Source: Chrysemys picta bellii
Taxonomy: Eukaryota
DNA: 64,000 bases
Assembly (NCBI RefSeq): GCF_011386835.1
Contig: NC_088803.1
Span: 19,220,001-19,284,000 of the forward strand
Reading direction: 5' to 3'
Shown here: piece after piece, positions 1 to 9,320 of the stretch
Layout: each line of letters starts with the position of its first letter
Numbering within the stretch: position 1 is the stretch's first letter
Made by a program: the position numbers and the translations under genes
The notes under the pieces: generated by a model
Told to the model about the DNA's origin: nothing
What the model saw: the letters and a program-made list of their open reading frames with translations, nothing else
Databases searched by the model: none

Positions 1-101
1 TTGCTCCAGAACTCCCTACCCCACCCAGAATCCCTGGGCCCCTCAGTGGGAGGAGCTTCCCCCATCCCCTCCTCCCTACCCCCAGCTACCCAGCCGGGCT
101 G

Positions 102-191
102 TATATAACAGGGCTGGAGGGGAAGGAGGCTCAGGGACGCTCAGCTCTGCTGGTAGCTGGATCCATCTCTGACGGGAGCCGCAGGACTCAG
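102..191 (+). promoter_or_regulatory. TATA box and non-coding exon 1 of RNase gene A
   Basis: TATATAA at 102-108; donor CAG|GTGAGC with intron starting 192; acceptor TTCTTGCAG ending 1215, 18 nt before the ATG. This is the typical RNase A gene layout (non-coding exon, intron, single coding exon). Confidence 0.7.
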
Positions 192-842
192 GTGAGCTGA
201 GAACAGATTTTAGCCAAGGGGGAATGCAGATTGACTCGGGGCAGGGAGCAGAATGCGGCCCTGACTCCATTGCAGACAGGGGTAGGCTGTACAGATTCCT
301 GGGTCTATCGCCGGCCCTCAGAGGGCAGAGAGAGGCTGTTTACACATGAAATGTGCACCTGCACCGCTGGACTGCCTGGGTTTAAACACTAACTATGCCC
401 ACAGAAGGGCTTGCCTGCCAGTGTCTGCAATCCACCGCCCCGAGGGGCCCGACCTAGCACTGCCTGCAGCGGGGGTCAGGTCGGCACAACTACGGCACTG
501 GGGGAGGGGTGGATTTCCCCTGACAGACAGAGCTATGCTGATGTATGTCCCCAGCATACACCAGCCTGGTGTGTAGAGGGATGGGGGAAGTGGGAGCCAG
601 GACTCCTGGGTTCCCAGCGCTGCCACTAACTTCCAAAGTCTGTTCTCAGTCACCTAAATCTGGAGTGAATCCACAGGAACTTCTCCAGCTGCACTGGGGA
701 AAGTGAGAACAGGGCCGGGACAGGCAAGAGGATGAGCGGGGGTGGTAACTGGACTGGAAAGAGTCAATGGGGGCGAGGGTTGGTAAGCAGGCTGTGTGAG
801 ATCAATTACCCCTCCCCTGCCCCACACCCTATACTGCCGCCC

Positions 843-1171
843 TAGTGCCCATTATACAGTATAGCCGCTGCTTCCCCTCCCCCACCCTCTGCTGCCCGTA
901 GTGCCCATTATACAGTATAGCCGCTGCTTCCCCTCCCCCACCCTCTGCTGCAGTATAGCCGCTCCTTCCCCTCCCCCGTCCTCTGCTGCCCCTAGTGCCC
1001 ATTATACAGTATAGCTGCCCCTTCCTACCCCCACTCTCTGCTGCCCCTAGTGCCCGTTATACAGTACAGCCACCCGTTCCCCCCTTCCACCCTCTGCTGC
1101 CCCTATTGCCCGTTATACAGTATAGCCGCTCTTTCCCCACCCCTGCCCTCTGCTGCCCGTAGTGCCCGTTA
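843..1171. repeat. ~56-bp minisatellite (about 6 copies) in the RNase A intron
   Basis: Unit TAGTGCCCATTATACAGTATAGCCGCTGCTTCCCCTCCCCCACCCTCTGCTGCCC starts at 843 and 899 and recurs to 1171. Confidence 0.9.
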
Positions 1172-1233
1172 GAGGACAAAGCTCTGCCATGCATTACGGT
1201 GTCTTGTTCTTGCAGGCCTGCCCTGCTTCCGCA

Positions 1234-1668
1234 ATGGGTCTCTCTCGGGATGGGCTCAGCCTGCTCTTGTTCCTGGTGCTGGCCTGGTGCCTGGCCCCGC
1301 CTGTCCGCTGCCAGGGCCCGCGCTACGAGAAGTTCCTGCGGCAGCACCATGACCACCCGCGGACCAACGCCGGGCGGGATTACTGTGGGGCCATGATGCA
1401 GCGCCGGGGCATGGCCCGGCCCTGCAAAGACATCAACACCTTCATCCACGCCCCCAAGGCCCAGATCCAGGCTGTCTGCGGCTCCGGGGGCATCGAGTAC
1501 TGGGGCAGGCGGCGCAGCCGGGCTCAGTTCCCCGTCACCACCTGCTCGCTGAAGGGCCCCCCGTGGGGCCGGTGCAGCTACCTGGGCCACACCAACCACA
1601 GATTCCTCGTCGTCACCTGCGACCCGGCAGGCTGGCCCATGCAGTTCGATGAGAGCCACATCATGTGA
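1234..1668 (+). CDS. Secreted RNase A-superfamily protein A (144 aa), with His119->Gln
   Basis: Signal peptide MGLSRDGLSLLLFLVLAWCL; FLRQH (His12); CKDINTFIH signature (Lys41); six mature Cys; C-terminal WPMQFDES where PVHFD is expected; single coding exon after the acceptor at 1215. Confidence 0.93.
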   Translation: MGLSRDGLSLLLFLVLAWCLAPPVRCQGPRYEKFLRQHHDHPRTNAGRDYCGAMMQRRGMARPCKDINTFIHAPKAQIQAVCGSGGIEYWGRRRSRAQFPVTTCSLKGPPWGRCSYLGHTNHRFLVVTCDPAGWPMQFDESHIM

Positions 1669-1737
1669 CGGCGCCGGGCACCACCGCCCTGCCCCGCCTT
1701 GGCATGGAACTGAGTCCTCGGCCACGCGTTGTGTCGA

Positions 1738-1880
1738 ATGGGCCAGACCCCCGGCTGGTGTGAATGGACTCTAGCTCCATGGGGGTCAGTGGCACCAGCC
1801 CCCCAGCTGGTGTGAAAGGACTGTAGCTCTGTGGGGGTCAATGGGGCCAGCCCCCCAGCTGGTGTCAATCTGCATCTCTC
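1738..1880. repeat. ~51-bp tandem repeat (3 units) in the 3' UTR of RNase A
   Basis: Units like GGCCAGACCCCCGGCTGGTGTGAATGGACTCTAGCTCCATGGGGGTCAGT; same family as 37949-38252. Confidence 0.75.
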
Positions 1881-2174
1881 TATTAACATTGGCACCACGG
1901 GAGCAGCGCTTCAAAGCCATGCAGCTCCTGTCCGGTGAGATGTGCTCTGGACACAAGCCCAGGACTGCCCGGGCCACGCAGGCTGCCTGGTTGTTCGCCC
2001 CGCTGCGTGCGTCTCTGGGTGGCCTGGACACCAGCTGCGCTGCAAAAGGCGGGGGTGGGGAGCTGTCCGTGTATGGGGGAGCTGGGTTGGGGGGCGGGGC
2101 GAGTGCAGTGCAGGCAGTGGGGCAGGTGCATCTGGCTATGCTCAGATGTCCTGTTCTTGCTCCGCTCCTGACTC

Positions 2175-2180
2175 AATAAA
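2175..2180 (+). terminator. Polyadenylation signal of RNase gene A
   Basis: AATAAA about 500 nt after the stop codon. Confidence 0.65.
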
Positions 2181-2389
2181 GGCTCCATTCTGCAAAGCAG
2201 CTGGGCTTGTGTCCCCCCAGTGCCGTCTCTATTCCTTCTCCTTGGCCTAGAAACCCCCCGGGTTCCTCAGGGCTAAATCCGCCCCTGCTGTACACTTGGG
2301 TCGCCCCGCCAGTGCCGTGCGGCCAGATCCCCCCAGTGTAATTCAACATAGCTTCAGTGGAGTCAAGCCTTCTACGATGCTGATTGGGC

Positions 2390-2580
2390 CCCAGGGCAGG
2401 GGACTGGCTGGCTCAGAAGGGTGGGGAATGGGGCACGGGGCTTTTCCCCTCTAGGGGGTACAGGCTCTCATCTGGCCCCAGGGCAGGGACTGGCTGGCTC
2501 AGGGGGCAGGGAATGGGGCATGGGGCTTTCCCCCTTTAGAGGGTGCTGGCTCCCATCTGGCCCCAGGGGGCAGGGAATGG
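2390..2580. repeat. GC-rich ~75-85-bp tandem repeat family
   Basis: Unit CCCCTCTAGGGGG..GGCTCCCATCTGGCCCCAGGGCAGGGACTGGCTGGCTCAGGGG..GGGAATGGGGCA; also at 19950-20270, 27110-27550 and 59690-59890. Confidence 0.8.
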
Positions 2581-4716
2581 ACTATGTCTCCTTTCGTATT
2601 CTCCACCTTCCCAGCCGACACCATTCCTGTCGGTCCCTGGCCGGTACCTTTTTGATGGATGTGCTGGCCACAATGCCCCCTCCTCCCCAGGCCATCTGAT
2701 CTGCGTGGCCTTGGCCGGGCCATTCCCCCCGGCCCCCCAACCGTTCCTGAGCCTGCCCACTCCTCCCTCTTGGCTGGGGCCCCCGGTGCAGCTGCCAGGA
2801 ACCAGAGAGTGGGACTTGGGGCTGCCCCAACGGGCAATGTGGCAGCCGGTTCCGGCGCCTGGAGAAGGACAATGGGCCAGTGACCTGTGCATTCAGTGCG
2901 GAGCCAAAACAATGGGGCCGGCCTCAGGCAACTCCACTAAATCGTCCCCTGGGGGTCACCTGCCCCATGGTGGCCTTGCCAAGCCGGATCAGCCCTTGGG
3001 CTGGGCGGTGTGGCATCCTGTCTCCAGAGTGCTGGTCCTTGGACAGGAAACCCGCTTACTGCTGCGCCTACCTCGGCCAGGCCCTCCTGGCAAGTCAGGT
3101 TCTGCCCCGAAACACCAGGCTTCCCTTGTGGGGAAGCGACTGGGGCTCCTGACAGTCCCCGGCTCTGACCTAACAGGACGGTCCCGAGAAGTTGGCCCTT
3201 CAGCAGTAAGCAGCTCTCCAGCCATATGGGCCCAAGGGTAAGGCCCTGGACTGGAAGTGGAGACACCTGAGTTCAGTTGTGCTCCCTGTGTGACTTAGGG
3301 GGCAGATTTTCCCCATCCCCTTTGGCTTTACAGTAGAAATTTATGGGGAAAAGGGGCCCAAATCCCTCCGTGGCTTGGAAAGTCTCAGTGGTTTTTTTTA
3401 AATAAAAGCTCGGTGCCTCAGTTTCTCCATCTGGAAAATGATGCCAACCTACCACAGCTCCCGCCTGCAGGGCCCCCGTTGTGCCAGGTGCTGTGCAGAC
3501 CCCGACCAAGATCAGAGCTCCATAGTGCTGGGTTCTGTACACTCCCGCAGTAACAGACAGGCCTCGTCTCAATTTGCTCACAGTGCAAGGCTAGGGTTTT
3601 CAGAGCAGTTTGAGGCTACAAAGCAGCCTATGCAGAGAAACAGTGGGAGAAAGGAAGATGATTATCTGCCTTTGTGGGGAAACTGAGGCACGGGGAGGCC
3701 AAGGGACTTGACCAAAGGCTGGGACCATGACCCAGGTCTCCCACCTCCAGGTCAATGCCTCAGCAGCCTCCTTTGGCATCAAGAAGTTTGTAGCCTGGTA
3801 CATGGAGCCCACCACCAGGGTTGGATTAACTGCCCGGCACCCCACACAGAACCTCTACTCCCTAGTGCCCCAACACACAGAGATCTTCCCTGCCCCCTCA
3901 CAGCCCAGCACCCTCCCCCCAGGCCCTCCAGAGACCCACTCCCCCAAGGTCTGCACTCACCGGCCCTCTGGGAGCCAACTGTCTACTGGGCTGAGCTGGC
4001 AGCGCAGCCAAGGGTGGTCCCAGGGCGGGGAATCGCCCCGGCCCCTTGGGAGTGGTGCGATCAGCCAGGCCAGTGCCTGCCCTGGCCGGGCTCCCTCAGG
4101 ACCCACTTGCCTGGCTCTGGAGGGGTCCAGCCAAGTCCCCCACACCGTCCCTGCCCGCAAACTGACCGAGCCTGGCCAGGCTTCTGCACCAGTCCCAGGC
4201 GGCTCAGCTCCAGGGAGACAGGTGGGGCCCCACAGGTGGTGGGAAGCAGAGACTGCCTGAAGCTAGAGGTGCACTGAGGTCTGGGTAGGGGGCAGAAAGA
4301 AGCCGGAGGTTGAGGCCAGGGGGTGGAGAGGAGCCCTTGGCCAACCAGCGGGCAGGCTGAAAGGAGCAAGTAGTGGGCAGCGGAGGGGAGCCAGCGGACT
4401 GGCGGGATCTCAGGGCACAGTGCAAGCAGAGCAGGACAGGGCCCCTTCTGAGCATGAGCCCGGCTCCATCGCGCCATTGTAAACCCGGCACTGCCCACCA
4501 CGCCTTCCCCTAGAGGTCACCGAGCAAGACCCTATGGTCCCACCCCAGCCAACCCTGCTCCTGGCTTCGGAGGTCGCCAGGCTCCCTAGTGCTGGAAGGA
4601 GCTGGCTAAACAACTAGCCGGTGCCCAGTGCTCACTGGCTTCATGCCCCACCCGACATCTCTGGGCCTGGGCAGGTGAAACTGGCTCAAGGGAGCCCTCT
4701 CTGGCCAGCCAGGCTG

Positions 4717-4796
4717 TATATAAGGGGCACATGCCAGGCTGGAGACTCAGACGCTCAGCTTTAGACCCTGTGCTCCAGCAGGAGCGAAGCCACCAG
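4717..4796 (+). promoter_or_regulatory. TATA box and non-coding exon 1 of RNase gene B
   Basis: TATATAA at 4717-4723 in the same GGCTGTATATAA context as gene A; donor CAG|GTAAGG at 4797; acceptor GTTGCAG ending 5784, 6 nt before the ATG. Confidence 0.7.
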
Positions 4797-5306
4797 GTAA
4801 GGCAGAGACTGGATTAAACCCAGGGTGGGGAGCAGGGCCGGGGCGGGGCGGTGGGGTGCCCAGCTCAGCCAGAGGAAAGGCTGAGAAGGTGACTGGATCA
4901 GTGAAGGATCTAGCTAAGGGGAACAGAGCTCTGGACCTTCCCCAGCCCCCTGAGACCAGCTGGAAAGAAATGGACAAAGAGACTGGCCCAGAGGGACAGA
5001 CACCCACAGCTTTTGGAAAGATGCTCACCTAGGCAGGTACACACACCCCAGGCAGGGCATAGAGTGGGGCGACCAGATGTCCCAGTATTAGGGGCTTTGT
5101 CTTATTTGGACAAATATACCCTCTGCCCCTGAAAAAAAGTGCCCCAACTTTTCACACTTGCTAACACAGACAGGCAGAAACACCGAGTGGTGAAAGCCAA
5201 AGACCTCAGCACGCGACACAAATGAAAAGCCAGGCAGACAAAACCCAGAGAGAGACACATAGATGCAAATCGATCCAGTGAGGCCAGGCATTGATTGGCT
5301 TGAAGC

Positions 5307-5530
5307 CAGGACTCCTGGGTTCTATCCCCAGCTCTGGGAGGGGAGTGAGGGCTAGTGGTTAGAGCAGGGGGACTGGGAGCCAGGACTCCTGGGTTCTACC
5401 ACTGGCTCTGGGATAGGAGTGGGTCTAAGGTTATAGCTGGGAGGGCTAGAAGCCAGGAGTGGGGTCTAGTTGTTGGAGGGAGGGGCGGGGGGCTGGGCAT
5501 CAAGACTCCTGAGTTCTATTGCTAGCTCCT
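5307..5530 (+). repeat. Tandem array of tRNA-head-like (MIR/core-SINE-like) ~73-bp units
   Basis: A-box-like CTAGTGGTTAGAGC and B-box-like GGGTTCTATCCC in repeating units; CCAGGACTCCTGGGTTCTA at about 5309 and 5380. Confidence 0.7.
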
Positions 5531-5790
5531 GCAGGGCGTGTGTGACTCCAGACAGTCACTTAGTCTGAGATTTTCCAAAACTGCTTAATCAATTTGCGGA
5601 GCCAGTGCCCACGGAGGGAAGCCTTAGAAACCTCAGGCTCAGTGTCTCCATGCCTCAGTTTCCCACCCGTACCACGGACACACGGCTATGCCCCACGTTT
5701 GCGAGGTCAGCCCAGGAGGGCTTCTCCCTCGCTGCCGTGGCTGAGGGCACGTACCGAGCCAGACGGCCCTGCGTGATGTTGCAGGTGGCG

Positions 5791-6216
5791 ATGGGCGTTC
5801 TGAAGGGCACCGGCCCCCTCTTTCTGGCACTGCTGGTGGCCTGCCTGCTCCTGTGCGCCTCAACCCACGGCCCGCGCTATCAGAAGTTCCTGCGGCAGCA
5901 CCACGACAACCCGCGGACCAATGCTGGGCGGGATTACTGCTGGGCCATGATGCAGCGCCGGGGCATGGCCCGGCCCTGCAAAGACATCAACACCTTCATC
6001 CACGCCTCCCGGGCCCAGCTCCGGAGCGTGTGTGGGGACGGGGGCACGCCCTACCAGGGCATGCGCCGCAGCAAGAGGCCGCTGGCCGTCACCACCTGCG
6101 AGCTCAGGCGGATGCAGGGCGCCCGGTGCATCTACCGCAGCCATGCGGCCTCCAGGTACATTGTCATTGGCTGCGTCCACGGCATGTGGCCGGTGCAGTA
6201 CAACGAGAAAGCGTGA
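5791..6216 (+). CDS. Secreted RNase A-superfamily protein B (141 aa), with His119->Gln and Asp121->Asn
   Basis: Signal peptide MGVLKGTGPLFLALLVACLLLC; FLRQH; CKDINTFIH; six mature Cys; C-terminal WPVQYNEKA; Arg-rich. Confidence 0.93.
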   Translation: MGVLKGTGPLFLALLVACLLLCASTHGPRYQKFLRQHHDNPRTNAGRDYCWAMMQRRGMARPCKDINTFIHASRAQLRSVCGDGGTPYQGMRRSKRPLAVTTCELRRMQGARCIYRSHAASRYIVIGCVHGMWPVQYNEKA

Positions 6217-6281
6217 GCCGCACCAGAGCCCAGGGAAGCGCCCTAGGCTGCGTTGAGCTGAGTTTGCCCTTCAGTGCTGGG

Positions 6282-6287
6282 AATAAA
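6282..6287 (+). terminator. Polyadenylation signal of RNase gene B
   Basis: AATAAA 66 nt after the stop codon. Confidence 0.75.
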
Positions 6288-6329
6288 ACACATTTACTGG
6301 AACAGATGTGGCCGCGAGTGTGTGCAAGG

Positions 6330-6720
6330 GTCTGGAGGGGGTGCTGTGGGGTAGGGAGTGGGGTACAGGGCTCAACAGGGGGCATTCTTCCTTAGCAGTC
6401 AGTGCTGGCCCCACTGCAGCACTAGGGGGTGCTGTGGGACAGGGAGTGGAGTGAGGGGGTTCAGTAGGGGGTGCTCTCCCTGGCAGTAGTGCTGACCCCA
6501 ATGCCTGTGTGGCACTTGGGGACACTGTGCTGCACGGAGCGGGGCTCAGTCGGGGGTGTGCTCTCGCCTGGCAGTCAGTGCTGACCCCAATGCCCCAGTG
6601 TCGCACTAAGGGGCGCTGTGCTGCAGGGAGCGGGGCATGGGTGAGCAGGGGGCGCTCTCCCCTGGCAGGCAGGGCTGGCTCCACAGCAGTGCTATGGGGC
6701 GCTGGGCTGTGGTAAGTGGG
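6330..6720. repeat. Diverged GC-rich tandem repeat
   Basis: Recurring GGGGTGCTGTGGG..AGGGAG..GGGG..CTCTCCCCTGGCAG..AGTGCTG units. Confidence 0.6.
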
Positions 6721-7223
6721 GCAGGGAGCCCAGTAGCCCAGCGCAAGGATGGCCAGAGACTGCCCTATAGCTCAACGAGTGGGGCGGGAGAGGTTGGGAG
6801 AGAATTAAAGTTTCTGAATCTACGAGCACCTGCCCTCCCTCGCTCAGTGGCTAGGACACGGGCTCTGTAAACCCGAGGACACAGCTGGTGCCTGGGCCGC
6901 ATATTTGTTTCACGGAGGTCAGAGAACATGATCTTCTAGCCATTATAAGCAAGGCAAGCGATCGCTCGGGGCCACAGGGATTTTTCAAAGGTAAATTAGC
7001 TCTGCCCTTTGAGACACACAGCCCCGGGTGGTACTGGCCCCTGAGCTAGCCCCTTGGAAAGTTCCTCTGCCTCTTTACAGTAAATGATGAGAGAGTCCTA
7101 TTCCCAGAAATGCACTTCTACAGGGAGTGCATTGGGCACCATGACCCCTCCAGTGTGCAGGCTCCCCTCACGCTCTGCCTTGTTTGATGCAACCCCTGGG
7201 CCCAGCTAAACCGATATCCCCAC

Positions 7224-8398
7224 TGTGACAGTTTCGGTCACAGAGACCCCCTTGGGACTGTCACCTGACGTGCTGGAATTACCTCTGAGCCAGTTTTCCC
7301 TGCCAGCTTGGGACTCCAGAACCCTGACTTGTTGAGCCAGACACGCTAGCCTATTGCATCACAGACCCAGGTCTGGTCCACGCCCCCAAAGCTGCAGACT
7401 TTAACCAAAAACTGCTCAGCAGGTCACCTGTCTCCAGCACCCAGACACCCAGTTTCCAATGGGATCCAAACCCCAAATAAATCCGTTTTACTCTATATAA
7501 AGCTGATACAGAGTAAACTCATAAATTGTTCGACCTCTGTAACACTGATAGAGAGAGATGCACAGCTGTTTGCTCTCCCAGGTATTAATCACTTACTCTG
7601 GGTTCAATAATAAACAAAAGTGATTTTATTAAGAATAAAAAGTAGGGTTTAAGTGGTTTCAAGTAATAACAGACAGAACAAAGTAAGTTACCAAGCAAAA
7701 TAAAGCAAAAACACTCAATTCTAAGCCTAGGTTTCTAAGCCTAATACATTACGAAACTGTTTACAGGTAAATCTCACCCTCAGAGATGTTCCAATAAGCT
7801 TCTTTCACAGACTAGACTCCTTCCTAGTCTTGGGCCCAAATCCTTTCCTCTGGTACAGTCCTTGTTAGTTTCAGCAGGCATCTTAGATGAAAAGCAGGGG
7901 CTTTCTCATGACTGGTACCCCCTTTGTTCTGTTCCACCCCCTTTTATAGCTTTGGTCCAAGTCGGGAATCCTTTGTCTCTCTCTGGGTTCCCACCCCTCC
8001 CTCTAAATGGAAAAGCACCAGGTTTAAGATGGATTCCAGTCTAGGTGATATGATCACATGTCACTTTAAGACCTCCTTCTTCATTACCTAGGAGCTGGCG
8101 GACACTTACACAGGAAGGCTTGCAGGTAAACAAAGCCATTCACAGTTCATTGATTCTGAAGCACCCTTAATGGCTTCCACTTAATGTTTTTACATCAGTA
8201 ATACAAGTTTATATCTTATTCTCCTAACTCCAGACAGAGAAATAATAAATGCAAACAAATAGGATGAACACACTCAGTAGATTATAAGCTTTGTGATGAT
8301 ACCTTAAAAGAGACCTTTTGCATAAAGCATATTCTAGTTACATTACGTTCACACTCATAAGCATATTTCCATAAAACATTATGGAGTGCAGCGTCACA
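7224..8398 (-). mobile_element. Solo LTR (~1.17 kb)
   Basis: TGT...ACA termini; 5-bp TSD with one mismatch (CCCAC/CTCAC); its ends match the reverse complement of the LTR at 55671-56823. Confidence 0.85.
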
Positions 8399-8499
8399 CT
8401 CACCCCCCCATGTGCCATGCCCAATCAGACCCCTGGGTCTTGCTACTCCACCCCCACCTCAGAACCAATGACCTTGAGTCAGAAATATAAATCAAGAGC

Positions 8500-8655
8500 C
8501 CCGATTTGTCCATCTCCAATCCCATCACTGGAGATGTTTAAGAACAGGATGGACAAACACCTGTCAGGGCTGGTCTAGCTTTACTTGGTCCTGCCTCGGC
8601 ACAGGGGACTGGACTCAATAACTTCTCACGGTCCCTTCCAGCCTGACATTTCTAT
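8500..8655 (+). mobile_element. Old CR1 LINE 3' fragment
   Basis: CCATCACTGGAGATGTTTAAGAACAGG...GGTCCCTTCCAGCC..ATTTCTAT matches the CR1 3' end seen in the young copy at 47083-50072. Confidence 0.75.
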
Positions 8656-8859
8656 TGTTCTTAATCCCTAAAATTCCCCTCTACAGATTTGTTTGGATGC
8701 AGGCTTCCCCTTCACTTCCTCTCTGGAAACGTTTAGCATTGCTGCGCACTGTTAGCAGGTGGGTTCCAGCCCAGCAGCAGCTGCATTTCCCTCTGCAGCT
8801 ACTTAGTAAAGCTCTTCAAGTGGGGGGAAAAGAAAGGAATTTTTTAAATCAGCAAGTCT

Positions 8860-9320
8860 AGAGAACTTGCATCCAAGAGTTTTAAAAGAGCTGGCTGAGG
8901 AGACCATTAATGAAGATTTTTGATCACTCGTGGACCACTGGGGAAGTTCCAGAAGACTAGAAGAAAACTAATTGTGTGCCAATTTTTAAAAAGGGTAAAT
9001 GGAATGACGTTGGTAATTAGAGGCCTGTCAGCCAGACATTGATCCTGGGCAAGACCAGGGAGCAGCTGATATGGGACTTGATTAATAAATAACTAATGAA
9101 GAGTACTATAATTAATGCAAATCAACATGGATTTATGGAAACTAGATTCTACCAAACTAATCTGATATTTTTGTAATGAGATTACACATTTGGTTGATAA
9201 AGGTAAAAGTGCTGATGTAACACACTGCGAATTCTGAAAGGTGTTTGACCTGGCACGACATTCTGATTAAAAATATCCAGTGGCCGGAAGTTGAAGCTAG
9301 ACAAATTCAGACTGGCAGTC
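8860..9320 (+). mobile_element. Degenerate CR1 ORF2 (RT region) fragment
   Basis: Recognisable remnants of motifs equivalent to [22 protein letters not shown] and QHGF, with stops and frameshifts. Confidence 0.75.

Noticed and set aside
1057-1725. 222-aa minus-strand ORF, and similar antisense or off-frame ORFs over the RNase, ZIP2 and OR exons (e.g. 5860-6180, 26048-27310, 35792-36328, 61215-61850)
   Set aside because: Shadow ORFs of GC3-rich coding exons; no recognisable domains or splice/start context.
2543-4260. ORFs 2543-3241 and 3727-4260 between the RNases, with a donor-like site at 3238 and an acceptor-like site at 3750
   Set aside because: The splice phases are incompatible (joining gives an early stop), the products are low-complexity Pro/Gly-rich, I recognise no homologue, and no RNase motif is present.
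4830-4860. G-quadruplex-capable runs (here and in METTL17 introns 10-12)
   Set aside because: Ubiquitous in this GC-rich half; nothing distinguishes an individual site.
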